From an uncultured Candidatus Saccharibacteria bacterium (lineage in GTDB: Bacteria > Patescibacteriota > Andersenbacteria > UBA10190): a stretch of 64,000 bases of DNA. The position numbers and the translations under genes are program-made. The notes beneath the pieces were generated by a model. The model ran no database searches. It saw only the letters and a program-made list of their open reading frames with translations, and was not told the DNA's origin. Every line of letters starts with the position of its first letter. The first letter of the stretch is position 1. This document shows, piece by piece, positions 1 to 10,380 of the stretch. The DNA is taken from NCBI GenBank assembly GCA_964610055.1, contig CAZSUC010000001.1, positions 588,977 to 652,976 on the forward strand. Direction: 5' to 3'.

Positions 1-1
1 A

Positions 2-307
2 GAAATAGTCGTTCTTCCTCACCGCTCCGCCACCCAATCAGCCATCGCCGCCTTAGCCATAGCCGCAGCTAAACCGATTATCGCATCCCGTACCGGCGCC
101 ATCCCTGAATTATTAGAAGATAATCGCACTGCCATCCTAACTAAGCCTAATGACCCCGAATCGCTTGCTAGTGCTATCAAGCAGCTCCTTAATAACCCTC
201 TCAAACAAAAAACTCTGCGCCTGAATGCCTTCCAAGACTCTCGCGAACGTTTATCTTGGAATAAAGTCAGCCAAAAATATATTGATCTTTACTCTTCCTT
301 ATTATGA
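2..307 (+). CDS. C-terminal fragment of a GT4 glycosyltransferase (5' end lies outside the window)
   Basis: An open frame from the window edge translates to ...VVLPHRSATQSAIAALAIAAAKPIIASRTGAIPELLEDNRTAIL...PESLASAIKQLL..., a typical GT4 C-terminal Rossmann motif. The TGA stop at 305-307 overlaps the next ATG. Confidence 0.6.
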   Translation, partial: EIVVLPHRSATQSAIAALAIAAAKPIIASRTGAIPELLEDNRTAILTKPNDPESLASAIKQLLNNPLKQKTLRLNAFQDSRERLSWNKVSQKYIDLYSSLL

Positions 308-1221
308 TTCCTGGTCTCTCTATAATCATTCCCACTTACAATCGGTCCCTATATTTAAACCGCCTACTTAACGCACTTACTGCTCAGTCATTGCGCCCAA
401 ATCAAATAATTATCGTGGATGACCACTCGTCCGACGACACGAAGAAAGTTGTAATTAGTCTGCAAGAAAAATTTCCCGAAATACAATATGCCCTTAATCA
501 GGGCCACTACCAACGAGACGGCAAAAAAACTGGCCTTGCGCTAGCCAACCAACCTTACCTTGGATTTTTAGACGACGACATTATTATTGAAGACCAGGAT
601 TTTATAAAAAAATTATTACCTTACCTAAAACCTGACCGCCTTATCCAAGCCAAGGTTATTCTTGAAAACCTTGGTTATCAAAACGTCCTTCAAACAAACT
701 GGCGTGACCATATTGCTCACCGCCCCTATCCAATCCTAGAACTAATTACCGGACGTTTTCACGCCGGCTCTCGCCCTCGATTTACATTTCCAACAATCGA
801 ATTCGGCATCTTCGTTCACAAAAACCATGCCCCTCATTTAATTGACGACAATCTCATTAAGGACGCTTACGGAGAAAGTTACGCTTCTTCAATTAAGCTT
901 TTCCAAAAAGGAATCCCCACCCTCCTCGTACCAGAGCTTGTCATCCGCCACCCCGGTGCCCCCTCTGGAGGGTCAAGTCGGTTTAACCGTATGTCTATGT
1001 TAAAAAACTTTACTGAATTCCATGAAGGTTACTTCTATAACATGATTTACATCCATAGCCGCTACCTACCAGCATGGATATGTCTCTGGCTGCCGTTTTA
1101 CTTGATAAAATCACTGATCGCTCTTGCGGTTAATCACAACTTATCCGGCTGGTACTCTTATGCCATCATACCCATCTCAAAATCCTTATTCCGAAACTTC
1201 TTTCGAAGGCACTATGTCTAA
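304..1221 (+). CDS. Family 2 glycosyltransferase
   Basis: N-terminus LSIIIPTYNRSLYLNRLL...IIIVDDHSSDDT is a GT2 (DXD, GT-A) signature. The 305-aa ORF starts in an ATGA overlap with the upstream gene. Confidence 0.8.
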   Translation: MIPGLSIIIPTYNRSLYLNRLLNALTAQSLRPNQIIIVDDHSSDDTKKVVISLQEKFPEIQYALNQGHYQRDGKKTGLALANQPYLGFLDDDIIIEDQDFIKKLLPYLKPDRLIQAKVILENLGYQNVLQTNWRDHIAHRPYPILELITGRFHAGSRPRFTFPTIEFGIFVHKNHAPHLIDDNLIKDAYGESYASSIKLFQKGIPTLLVPELVIRHPGAPSGGSSRFNRMSMLKNFTEFHEGYFYNMIYIHSRYLPAWICLWLPFYLIKSLIALAVNHNLSGWYSYAIIPISKSLFRNFFRRHYV

Positions 1222-2278
1222 CCAACCCTCTCTTCACTTCTTTGCATGGGTCGGCGAATCATCCGGCGGAGCCGCTAAAATAGTTTACGACCTCGCCCTC
1301 ACCGCTTCTCAAAAAGGCTTTTTAGTCACTCTAGGGGTTTTTAAAAAAAATCCTGAATATTCCCTACCCCAAATCGTTATTCCTATACCCGCCTTTGTAC
1401 CTTCGTCATTTAAGTCTTTACTTGCTTCCTTTGTCTTCCAAATCATCCATGCTCACCGCTTCCACATCGTATATGCCCATACCCTCGGTTTCTGGAAAAA
1501 TAACCACAACAAACTCTTCGTCCATGATGCGGCCGACCTAGACGAAAAATACCGCCAAATTCCCGACCAAGTCCACCGCTTGGCTTACAGTTTTTGGTCA
1601 TGGCTTTACCTAAATACCTGCCTGCGGCAAGCCGACACAGTTTTTGCGGCCACCCAAAAATTTTATGCATATTTGCAAAAACATAACATTGACACTGAAC
1701 GTATTCTTCTTAGCGGATCATACTTTGACCAAAATATTTTTCACTTCTCACCCTGCTCGCACCCCCGGCAGCCTTTTAAAATACTCTTTGTCGGCCGGCC
1801 TGATGATCCTGCCAAAAACTTCGTCTATTTGCGCCAACACCTTTACAAAGTTCCTCATCTCCAACTAACAGTCATCGGAGGAACTAAGTCATATAAAGAC
1901 CATAACTTCCGTTTCCTGGCCGCCTCCTCACCCCAAACCGTAGCCAAACACATGCACGCTTCGCATTTATTTATTCTTCCCTCAATATCTGAGGGTTTTC
2001 CGCTAGTCCTGTTAGAAGCACTTGCTTCTGGACTACCATGCTTAGCCTCTGCCGCTTCAATCCCAGCCGAACTGTCACATATAAACTCGCTCCACGTCTT
2101 TGATATCACTACCACTCCTCTACCTGCAATTCAAAACATCATGGACAACTATCCTTCTATTACCAAGCCCCCGGCCGTTCTCGCTCAGTTCCATAAAGAC
2201 CGAATCCTCAATCTGGAATGCCACGCTATCCTCCACTCTTTTGACACCGACCCACTGCCCAATAATACCAACTTTTAG
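1215..2278 (+). CDS. Family 4 (GT-B) glycosyltransferase
   Basis: C-terminal motif SEGFPLVLLEALASGLPCLAS is a GT4 E-x7-E-like region. The start is taken at the ATG at 1215 (MSNQPSLHFF...) just before the upstream stop. The ORF-track start at 1124 overlaps the preceding gene. Confidence 0.75.
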
Positions 2279-3038
2279 GCATTAACCCAGTTACCAGAAT
2301 TTCTCGAAAATATACCGGTATATTACTCGCCCATCCAGGATAATCTTTACGATATTGGTATGCCGCCGTTAAGAATAACCAGTACTGGCGCATTTTATGC
2401 TTTCCTGAAACTGTCCGAGTACTTACCCGATGCGACATGCCACACATACTTAAATTACATAGCCTATATTCCGTCCCAATCCTTAACCACAGCTCATAAT
2501 CCTGAGCATACTGTCTTTTTTCGTCATACCCTCCTAACCGCTGTAACGCTTCTCGCCTTACACAAACACTTGCGTGACCAAATGGGTTCTCACGTAGCAT
2601 TATTTTGCGAATTTCCGCATCTTGCTCCGGCATTCTTAACTGGTATAAGGCATTTCCCTTATCGTCTATCACCTGATACTGAGTTCCACATACCCCCAGC
2701 TTCGGATCCGCTTCAAATACTCGCACTTGTTCCTCTAACTTAGCCAGACTAATCCAAACATCATCGTCATCAATCCTAGCAATATATTTCCCTTGTGACC
2801 GGCTAATACCTACGTTTAACGATCTAGTTAAACCTAATCTCTTTTGGTTCACGACAATCTTAATTCGATTATCACCGATACTCTTTACCACATCAGCCGT
2901 ACCATCGTCTGAACCATCATCAATCACAATTAGCTCCCAGTCTAACAACGACTGTTCTTGCACGCTCTTAATTGCGTCGCGGATCCGATTCGCCCCATTA
3001 TAGGTCGCTAAAACCACCGAAACGATCGGTTCCCCCAT
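2226..3038 (-). CDS. Family 2 glycosyltransferase
   Basis: VSVVLATYNGANRIRDAIKSVQEQS...LIVIDDGSDDGT and IARIDDDDVW are GT2 motifs. Confidence 0.8.
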   Translation of the reverse strand: MGEPIVSVVLATYNGANRIRDAIKSVQEQSLLDWELIVIDDGSDDGTADVVKSIGDNRIKIVVNQKRLGLTRSLNVGISRSQGKYIARIDDDDVWISLAKLEEQVRVFEADPKLGVCGTQYQVIDDKGNALYQLRMPEQDAEIRKIMLRENPFGHASVCVRREALQRLGGYDEKRQYAQDYELWLRIGTEYRLCNLSMCGMSHRVSTRTVSGKHKMRQYWLFLTAAYQYRKDYPGWASNIPVYFREILVTGLMPKSWYYWAVGRCQKSGG

Positions 3039-3039
3039 A

Positions 3040-3984
3040 TTAAGCGTTTATGTTAGAGCGATACCAATCCAACGATTTCTTCAACCCATGTTCAAAATCT
3101 ATCTTTGGTTCATATCCTAAGTCGCGCTTAGCTTTACGTATGTCGGCTCGCGTACCTAAAATATCTCCGGCCCGCTTCGGAAGCCTCTTAACTTCCGGAT
3201 CAACTTTTAACAACTCTTTAAGATTTTGCAACAATTCATTAATGCTAGTTGTTTGGCCCATACCGATATTATATGCTTCTCCGCTCCGAACTTTTAAACT
3301 AGTTGCCGCTTTTAAGTTAGCCTGTACTACATTTGCCACATATGTAAAATCGCGACTTTGACGCCCGTGCCAATGCACCTCTACCGGTTCACCAGTTAGC
3401 AACGCCTGGGTCATAAGAGGAATTACAGCCGCATACGCCGAATCCGGTCTCTGGCGCGGACCAAATACGTTAAAATAACGTAAGCACACGGTTTCTAATC
3501 CATACAAATCACTAAATAGACGTGCATAATACTCCCCGGTCAGCTTACTAAGTGCATACGGAGACTCCGGATGCGTAGGCATTTTTTCGTTATTTAAATT
3601 GGCCTTAAGAGAACCATACACAGAAGAAGATGAAGCTAATACTACTCTCTTCACCCCCGCTTCTTTTGCACCTAACAAAACTTGCAGTGTGCCACCGATA
3701 TTCACTTCGTTCGTATCCCAAGGATCTTCCACTGACCGCTGCACTGCTCGCAACGCCGCCTGGTGCAACACATAATCCACTCTCTTCATTGCCCGATTAA
3801 CTACTAACGGATCTGTAACCGATCCTTCAAAAACCGTAATTTTATCCCGAACCAAATCTAAATTTTCTTGTCTACCGGTAATAAAATTATCCAAAACTGC
3901 TACTTTGTGACGACGCTTGACCAGCTCCGTCACAATATGTGAACCAATAAATCCCGCCCCACCCGTGACTAGATAATACGCCAT
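3040..3984 (-). CDS. NAD-dependent NDP-sugar epimerase/dehydratase (extended SDR, UDP-hexose/UDP-HexNAc 4-epimerase-like)
   Basis: Rossmann motif TGGAGFIGSH near the N-terminus, plus catalytic YxxxK (YALSK) and the VYGS motif. Confidence 0.8.
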   Translation of the reverse strand: MAYYLVTGGAGFIGSHIVTELVKRRHKVAVLDNFITGRQENLDLVRDKITVFEGSVTDPLVVNRAMKRVDYVLHQAALRAVQRSVEDPWDTNEVNIGGTLQVLLGAKEAGVKRVVLASSSSVYGSLKANLNNEKMPTHPESPYALSKLTGEYYARLFSDLYGLETVCLRYFNVFGPRQRPDSAYAAVIPLMTQALLTGEPVEVHWHGRQSRDFTYVANVVQANLKAATSLKVRSGEAYNIGMGQTTSINELLQNLKELLKVDPEVKRLPKRAGDILGTRADIRKAKRDLGYEPKIDFEHGLKKSLDWYRSNINA

Positions 3985-4028
3985 AATCGTGCTTTAGTGA
4001 TTATACCCACACAATAAGGGCAATTCCT

Positions 4029-5003
4029 ATGAAACGCAAAGTTTGGATTCCATACGACTGGGCCGAAATCGGCGGCCCGTCTTCTTTTTTATCATCCTTT
4101 AAATCAGGACTGGTAAACTTTGGTTTTTCTGTTTCAGCCCGACCTAACATATCTTTTGACACGCTGTTTATTATGTCCGCCTGTCCGTTATCTTATGTTA
4201 TCCTTGCAAAACTGCTAAGACGACGCATTGTTCAACGCCTTGACGGCGTTTATCACCCTGGCCTCCCGGGCCGAAACGGCCGCCTTTATTGGTTTAAAAA
4301 TTTACGCGCCCAAATCATCCATAATTACCTAGCAAATCATATTATTTACCAAAGTCAATTCAGCCAAAAGGCTTGTCATCTTCTTTTAGGAAAACCTAGC
4401 GGCCAAACTTCAATCATCTATAATGCCATCGCCTATAAATTTCCAGCACGCGCCCCAATTAGTCGTAAAAATATCCGCCTCATTACTTTTGCTAATTGGC
4501 GCCGCTTAGACCAAATCGATCCCATTATTAAAGTAATATCATTACTACCAGACAATTTTACCTTGGACATAGCCGGCCCTGCCTCCCCCTCCTTACAATC
4601 AGTTCTAACTCAAGCCAAATCGCACTCCCGCATTACCTACTTAAGCAAGATACCCCATGAAGAACTACTCTTGCGTCTCAATCAATACGACATTTTTCTA
4701 TTCTCCGACCAATCAGCCTGTCCTCACAGCGTCCTAGAAGCTCTTGCTGCCGGCCTCCCTGTCGTCGCTTTTGATCGCGGTGCCTCTGCCGAGCTTGTTC
4801 AAACTGGACAAACCGGCGAAATTATCCCTCTGCCTCCTCATAACCCTTTTAAAGATAGCTACCAATTTTCTGACCAGGATATTAGTGCATTTACTCACGC
4901 TATAACCAAAACTGCCAATAATCTCGTCGAATACCAAAAACACACATCTGAACACCAAACTGGCTACCATGATATGCTTCAAGCATACGCCAATCTACTT
5001 TAA
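4029..5003 (+). CDS. GT4-like glycosyltransferase
   Basis: C-terminal SVLEALAAGLPVVAFDRGASAELVQTGQTGEIIPL is the conserved GT-B nucleotide-sugar-binding region. Confidence 0.65.
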   Translation: MKRKVWIPYDWAEIGGPSSFLSSFKSGLVNFGFSVSARPNISFDTLFIMSACPLSYVILAKLLRRRIVQRLDGVYHPGLPGRNGRLYWFKNLRAQIIHNYLANHIIYQSQFSQKACHLLLGKPSGQTSIIYNAIAYKFPARAPISRKNIRLITFANWRRLDQIDPIIKVISLLPDNFTLDIAGPASPSLQSVLTQAKSHSRITYLSKIPHEELLLRLNQYDIFLFSDQSACPHSVLEALAAGLPVVAFDRGASAELVQTGQTGEIIPLPPHNPFKDSYQFSDQDISAFTHAITKTANNLVEYQKHTSEHQTGYHDMLQAYANLL

Positions 5004-5014
5004 CCCTGCTCTCT

Positions 5015-5674
5015 ATGCCTGTTATCTCACTATTGCTTCTTAAACTTCAAAAATCATCTTGGCGTCTCGTTATATTGCGCCACCTGCTTGACTACGATAA
5101 CCATCTGCGCCGTTGGATTACTTTCTTTGCCATGGAAAAAGGTATCCACCCGAAACACCGCCTAACTCGCTACCACGATTTTTTTCTGGACCACATCTCT
5201 GCTAACCAATCCGTCTTAGACGTTGGCTGTGGCGCAGGCTACCTCGCCTATGATATTGCTTCTAAATCCGTCTCTATTACCGGAATCGATATTAACCCGG
5301 TTTCCATCAAACACGCCCGCCGAAATTCGCTCCCAAATATTAAATTCATTGTCGGCGACGCCACCGTTTATACCTTTCCGAACACATTTGACGTTTTAGT
5401 GTTAAGTAACGTTCTTGAACACATTCAAAACCGTCCTGAATTTCTGAAAAAACTAAAACACTTAGCCCCTAAAATTCTTATCCGCGTACCCATGATTGAC
5501 CGTGATTGGACAGTACCACTAAAAAAAGAAATGAACCTCGAATACTGCTTAGATCCTACTCATGAAATCGAATACACTGAATCCATATTCCGCCAAGAAA
5601 TGGCCGCCGCCAAACTATGTGTACAAGAGCTAAGTATTCGTTGGGGAGAAATATACGCTGTTGTCACTGCCTGA
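5015..5674 (+). CDS. Class I SAM-dependent methyltransferase
   Basis: Motif I VLDVGCGAGYLA, plus the post-I and motif II spacing (ITGIDIN...FDVLVLSNVLEHI). Confidence 0.75.
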   Translation: MPVISLLLLKLQKSSWRLVILRHLLDYDNHLRRWITFFAMEKGIHPKHRLTRYHDFFLDHISANQSVLDVGCGAGYLAYDIASKSVSITGIDINPVSIKHARRNSLPNIKFIVGDATVYTFPNTFDVLVLSNVLEHIQNRPEFLKKLKHLAPKILIRVPMIDRDWTVPLKKEMNLEYCLDPTHEIEYTESIFRQEMAAAKLCVQELSIRWGEIYAVVTA

Positions 5675-6470
5675 CATGAAAAAATATTACGACCGACAAC
5701 ACCACCGACTGGTTTATCTACATACTCAGGCCAACTCTTCATTTTGGGATAACCAGTGGCAATCCCCCCGTCTTAAAGAAAAAATTCTAGCTGACAGTCG
5801 TAATCCTTTCTATGTACACATCACTCGACGTTATCTACCAGTCATAAATCCCGCCCCTAAAATTTTAGAAGGTGGCTGCGGGCAAGGAGCAGTCGTACTC
5901 AGCCTCCTCCAAGCCGGATATAAATCTGAAGGAATAGACTTTGCTCATAAAACTATCACCAAAGTAAACCAAATTTTCCCTAACCTGCCCCTTCAAACCG
6001 GCGACGTCACAAAACTACCTTATTCCTCCAACTACTTTGACGGTTACTGGTCATTAGGAGTAATTGAGCACGATTACAATGGATTTACTGCCCTAATTCA
6101 CGAAGCCCACCGCGTTCTCAAATCAAATGGATACCTTTTTCTCACTTTCCCCTACATGTCATTTACCCGAAAAACTAAAGCCGCTTTAGGCTTGTACCCC
6201 GACTGGCACGCCTCATCAACCAACCTCAGTAATTTTTACCAATTTGCCTTAGACCACCTGCAAACTTTAAACGAAATTACAAAATTTGGTTTTGTAGTTA
6301 AAGCAGGGAATCCAATCGATGGATATAAAGGCTTCCAGGAAGAAATACCCATCTCCCAACCCCTGATCAAATTAATTAAACGGCTCCCGCGTCCGCTGCC
6401 GTACGCCCTCTCTACCCTCCTCACGCCAGTTAGCGGACATATTTACCTTGCCGTCTTTCAAAAACAATAA
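5661..6470 (+). CDS. Class I SAM-dependent methyltransferase (Methyltransf_11-like)
   Basis: ILEGGCGQGAVVLSLLQAGYKSEGIDF...LPYSSNYFDGYWSLGVIEH. The start may instead be the ATG at 5676 (MKKYY...), which would avoid overlap with the upstream gene. Confidence 0.7.
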   Translation: MSLPDMKKYYDRQHHRLVYLHTQANSSFWDNQWQSPRLKEKILADSRNPFYVHITRRYLPVINPAPKILEGGCGQGAVVLSLLQAGYKSEGIDFAHKTITKVNQIFPNLPLQTGDVTKLPYSSNYFDGYWSLGVIEHDYNGFTALIHEAHRVLKSNGYLFLTFPYMSFTRKTKAALGLYPDWHASSTNLSNFYQFALDHLQTLNEITKFGFVVKAGNPIDGYKGFQEEIPISQPLIKLIKRLPRPLPYALSTLLTPVSGHIYLAVFQKQ

Positions 6471-7493
6471 TTACTTCTTAGAAACAATAGTCTTCCCCAT
6501 ACTCTTTTCCGTATCTAATTTGCCATAACGAACATGAAAATTATCTGCAATATAGCCTAAAACGTCTTTGCGTTCTTGTACGCCTTGGATTGTATCGAGC
6601 CCCGCTCCCTCGCCCAAAATGTAATCAAATACCAAAATACCATTATCTTCTAACGCCTCATGCATTCGTTTAACTGTATCCAGCGGCCTATTCAAATGTT
6701 CAAACACAGTCATACAATAAATCACTTCTACTTTTCCTTCTGTTTTTAACTGGAATTCATCCGCCGGATCTAATACCAGCGGAAACACATTCTGATTACA
6801 TCCCAACTTATACGCTCCAAAATGAAATGCTAGCGTCGCAATATCACTAATAAATATTAACCCTTGTCTGCTTTTAGGCCAAAATTCCAACAACGTGGTA
6901 GTAATTGGAGCAGTCCCGCACCCGAATTCTAAACTCTTAGCTGGCCAACGCGGCGCTACTTGTCCCATCAAATTTAATAATGCTAATTCATTAGCACGCG
7001 ACTCCTTGTAAACCAAGTGTAGCAACTGGTACAAAACTTCTGGCTGCTGCCAAGCGCTTAAATGCTGCTCCGCCCCCGCCGCTCCCGGTACGTTGCTTTG
7101 TTGAAACTTCAATCGATACCAACTACGCAAAAAGTATAAATCCTCTGGCCCCCACAACGGTCTTCCTCCCAACACCTGGGACCAGTAGCGCTGAAAGACT
7201 TCAAACCAAGACTGATCCAATCCAGTTCTCCGCCACCAATGCCACGCATAATTCCTAGCTCTTAACGGCAACCAGCTAGTTCTATACACTTTATGAAATG
7301 GGTCTTTCAACCAATCATCAGATACATCTTCTCGATTTTCCGGCGGATATTGCGCGTATAGCTCAGATACATTCACTTGCATATTTCCATACCCATCCTT
7401 ATCTAAATCTATATTCTCATTACTCAACATCTGATATATTGTGCACGAGATGACCATACCTGCCAATAGCAAACCAATTAGATTTTTTCCCAT
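6471..7493 (-). CDS. Membrane-anchored class I SAM-dependent methyltransferase
   Basis: C-terminal LEFGCGTAPITTTLLEF...VIYCMTVFEHL...GILVF is a methyltransferase fold. The chosen start MGKNLIGLLLAGMVISCTIYQ gives an N-terminal transmembrane anchor. The ORF-track start at 7571 would overlap the divergent gene even more. Confidence 0.6.
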   Translation of the reverse strand: MGKNLIGLLLAGMVISCTIYQMLSNENIDLDKDGYGNMQVNVSELYAQYPPENREDVSDDWLKDPFHKVYRTSWLPLRARNYAWHWWRRTGLDQSWFEVFQRYWSQVLGGRPLWGPEDLYFLRSWYRLKFQQSNVPGAAGAEQHLSAWQQPEVLYQLLHLVYKESRANELALLNLMGQVAPRWPAKSLEFGCGTAPITTTLLEFWPKSRQGLIFISDIATLAFHFGAYKLGCNQNVFPLVLDPADEFQLKTEGKVEVIYCMTVFEHLNRPLDTVKRMHEALEDNGILVFDYILGEGAGLDTIQGVQERKDVLGYIADNFHVRYGKLDTEKSMGKTIVSKK

Positions 7494-8460
7494 TGCCGAC
7501 ACCGCTAGTGGCTGGTATCCTGACCGAGCCTTACAAGAATTTAAACAAGCCTCCTCCCTAAAGCTTGTCACTTCCCCTCACCAAGCAGACCTAATTTGGA
7601 TATTCTCTTACTACTTATCTCTTAATCCAATTTTGTCATGGCCACACCTGCGCCATCTTCTAAACCAACCACCCCTACGACATAAATCTTTAACACACAC
7701 GCCCGTCATTACTACTATTCACCACCTCTCCCCGCAGAAAAAAAATATCTGGCATCCAATCATAACTAACCTGGAACACATCACCGACTATTGGCATACA
7801 GCCAACCCAACAGGGCACGCGACTATTTCCAGCATCAGCTCAAAACCCATTATAGATTTACCTTATTGGATTGATACCAATCTTTTTCAGCCTTTCACGT
7901 CCAGCCAAAAACAAGCTAATCGCCAAAAGTTAAACATCCCCAAAGACCATTTAATCATTGGTAGTTTTCAACGTGACACTGAAGCAGACGGACAGACCCC
8001 CAAGCTGGACAAAGGTCCCGACATCTTCTGCGATATTATCGCTAAAATCCCGCAACCAGTCTTCGTAGTACTCACAGGAACTCGTCGCCAATATGTGGAA
8101 AAACGCCTAAAATCGGATAATATTCCGTATCTTAATGTTGGACATGTGCCCTATCATGATCTTCCCCGCTTATATTCCATCCTTGACTATTATTTAGTCA
8201 CCGCTCGCCTGGAAGGCGGCCCCCAGTCTATTCTTGAAACTATGGCAACCAATACCCCTATCCTTAGCACCTCGGTTGGTATATCCGGCCTCCTGCACTC
8301 CTCCGCTATTTTCTCGCCGGAATCCTTTACCCCTGATATTCTTCGCGCTGCCAACTCACCTCAAGTCCTTGCTCAACATCTAACTACTGCCACGCAATAT
8401 AGCATACAAAACATTATTCCTCAATACGATCAGGCTTTGGCACAGATATGCACAAACTAA
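7441..8460 (+). CDS. GT-B (GT4-like) glycosyltransferase
   Basis: C-terminal half DIFCDIIAKIPQPVFVVLTGTRRQY...YYLVTARLEGGPQSILETMATNTPILSTSVGISG fits a GT-B C-domain. The 5' end overlaps the divergent methyltransferase start and may begin at a non-ATG codon further in. Confidence 0.55.
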   Translation: MHEMTIPANSKPIRFFPIADTASGWYPDRALQEFKQASSLKLVTSPHQADLIWIFSYYLSLNPILSWPHLRHLLNQPPLRHKSLTHTPVITTIHHLSPQKKNIWHPIITNLEHITDYWHTANPTGHATISSISSKPIIDLPYWIDTNLFQPFTSSQKQANRQKLNIPKDHLIIGSFQRDTEADGQTPKLDKGPDIFCDIIAKIPQPVFVVLTGTRRQYVEKRLKSDNIPYLNVGHVPYHDLPRLYSILDYYLVTARLEGGPQSILETMATNTPILSTSVGISGLLHSSAIFSPESFTPDILRAANSPQVLAQHLTTATQYSIQNIIPQYDQALAQICTN

Positions 8461-8461
8461 T

Positions 8462-9490
8462 ATGAAAGTCTTCATCTCCTTCCCAATCAAATCAAAGCCT
8501 TACGGCGGCGCTAACCAGTTTCTCAAAGCACTCGCAAAAGAGTTAGAACTCACTGGTCACTTAACTCAAAATCCTGCAACCGCAAGTTTAATTCTCGTGA
8601 ACGCCAACCCCAGTAACTTATTCTTTGGATTTCAACAAGCCTTACGCTTAAAACAAAAGTTCCCTAAAGCCAAAGCCGTTATCCGAATTGATGGTCCCAT
8701 TTCACTTATTCGGAATACCAATAACACTATTGATAAACTAATTTTAAAACTATCTAACCTCTTGGCCGACGGCATCATCTTTCAGTCGCAATGGAGCGCA
8801 AAACATAACAATCTCATCCAGACGGTCACCGCCCCTAACCAAACCGTTATCTACAACTCTCCGGATAATCACATATTTTATCCGCAAACTACCCCAAAGC
8901 CCAGCGTCCCTATCCGCCTAATTGCGACTTCTTGGTCCTCTAATCAAAACAAAGGTTTTAGCTTTTATAGGTACATTGACGAAAACCTTGATTTTAAAAA
9001 ATACCACATGACCTTTGTCGGCAATGCGCCACAAACTTTTAAAAACATCCGCTGTCTTTCCCCCGTCTCATCTCACCAACTCGCCCACTTACTTAGACAA
9101 AGCGACATCTATATTACCGCTTCACGTAACGACCCCTGTTCTAACGCTCTGATTGAAGCCCTGGCGTGTGGACTTCCCGTCGTTGCCATGAATAGCGGCG
9201 GACACCCTGAGCTAGTCCAAAACAACGGGGAACTATTCCAAAACGCAACCGAATTGATCCAGAAGCTAGAAACAATCATATCTAATTATTCTCGTTACAC
9301 AAATCGGCTTCCCCGCTTTTCAATTAGTCAGACTGCCACCGAATACGTCCAATTTTTTAGCCAGGTTTCAGACACCCGCTCCACTCCCATCTCTATCTGG
9401 AAAACTTATCGTTACTGGACAATATGGGGAAAATACTATTTCACTACCATGGTTTCCGGAATCATCTCCCGAATCTTCCCTAAAATATAG
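8462..9490 (+). CDS. GT4 glycosyltransferase
   Basis: SDIYITASRNDPCSNALIEALACGLPVVAMNSGGHPELV is a GT4 motif. Confidence 0.75.
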   Translation: MKVFISFPIKSKPYGGANQFLKALAKELELTGHLTQNPATASLILVNANPSNLFFGFQQALRLKQKFPKAKAVIRIDGPISLIRNTNNTIDKLILKLSNLLADGIIFQSQWSAKHNNLIQTVTAPNQTVIYNSPDNHIFYPQTTPKPSVPIRLIATSWSSNQNKGFSFYRYIDENLDFKKYHMTFVGNAPQTFKNIRCLSPVSSHQLAHLLRQSDIYITASRNDPCSNALIEALACGLPVVAMNSGGHPELVQNNGELFQNATELIQKLETIISNYSRYTNRLPRFSISQTATEYVQFFSQVSDTRSTPISIWKTYRYWTIWGKYYFTTMVSGIISRIFPKI

Positions 9491-10374
9491 GCTGCTGCTG
9501 CTCCGTTCTGTATGTGTTGCGCAAAGTATTTTAGATTGTTTTTCGATATTTCCTTGCGCAGATTCTCATTTTTCAGGACAGGTAAGAGCTGTTTAGCTTT
9601 CTCCTTATACTCACTGCATAATTTTAAAAACTCAGCAGATGACAAATTATTATCCATTGGTCCGCTTAAACCTAAGCTCATATAGTGCACTTTCTCCCGT
9701 ACCGGAACGGGCCAATATGAAGTCGGCGGATAATCAGCTATCACTGCTCCTCCAATACTCATATAGTCAACCATTTTGAAACTTAGACAATCATGCTTCC
9801 CCCTGTTAAGAACATTCCAACGTGCCTGGCGGTTCCATTCTAACCATTTTTGATACGGCACATTATCTTTCCAAACTTCCACCCCGGCTTCTTGTAATAG
9901 CGCCCCCCACCGCTCATGGTCATCTGAACTCACCATCCTAGCCGCCAGTTTCATTTTAAAAGGCAAAGACGCTAACGCCAAAAACATCGCCACCTTATGA
10001 GGACGCCCCCCTGAAATACCAGCCAGCCAAACAATATCATACACCCTACGTTCCTCAGGAAGCGGGAAATTATGCTTTGTTAATGTCGTGCCGTTTAAAG
10101 ACGACACAACATTAACAGGATACAACCTCCCCGGATCATAATTAGCCTTAAAGTAAACCCCGTACTGCGTCGGATCATAGGCTAAGTCCTTACTATCTGT
10201 CACATCAATCAAATACGGTAAACCGTTGACTTCAAAATAAAAACAAGCCGGAGGACTACTTTTACGCAGATGTGGATATAGCTTAATTTTTCCCTGTCGC
10301 GCCAATTGCCAAAACTGCCGCATCCAAAAGCGGCTATACCAATGCGGATTAATTGCTATCGTGACTTTATCCAT
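9436..10374 (-). CDS. Hypothetical protein, distal gene of the nonulosonic-acid operon
   Basis: 312-aa ORF in tight operon spacing after the NeuB/PseI gene. I recognise no motif. It overlaps the convergent GT4 gene by 55 nt. Confidence 0.5.
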   Translation of the reverse strand: MDKVTIAINPHWYSRFWMRQFWQLARQGKIKLYPHLRKSSPPACFYFEVNGLPYLIDVTDSKDLAYDPTQYGVYFKANYDPGRLYPVNVVSSLNGTTLTKHNFPLPEERRVYDIVWLAGISGGRPHKVAMFLALASLPFKMKLAARMVSSDDHERWGALLQEAGVEVWKDNVPYQKWLEWNRQARWNVLNRGKHDCLSFKMVDYMSIGGAVIADYPPTSYWPVPVREKVHYMSLGLSGPMDNNLSSAEFLKLCSEYKEKAKQLLPVLKNENLRKEISKNNLKYFAQHIQNGAAAAYILGKIREMIPETMVVK

Positions 10375-10380
10375 ATAAAG

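Noticed and set aside
1443-2115. Short ORFs from the six-frame track lying inside or antisense to longer genes (for example 1443-1670, 1644-1868, 1855-2115, 3050-3361, 4734-4982, and the many 60-130-aa ORFs antisense to GT-C genes)
   Set aside because: They are embedded within long ORFs that have clear family signatures, and they have low-complexity or stop-depleted-frame character typical of antisense shadows.
7441-7493. Divergently overlapping starts of the membrane-anchored methyltransferase and the GT-B gene, as a possible shared regulatory element
   Set aside because: It is more likely that one start is mis-assigned (a non-ATG start further inside the GT-B gene, or a downstream Met in the methyltransferase). 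Homolog alignment is needed, not a biological claim.
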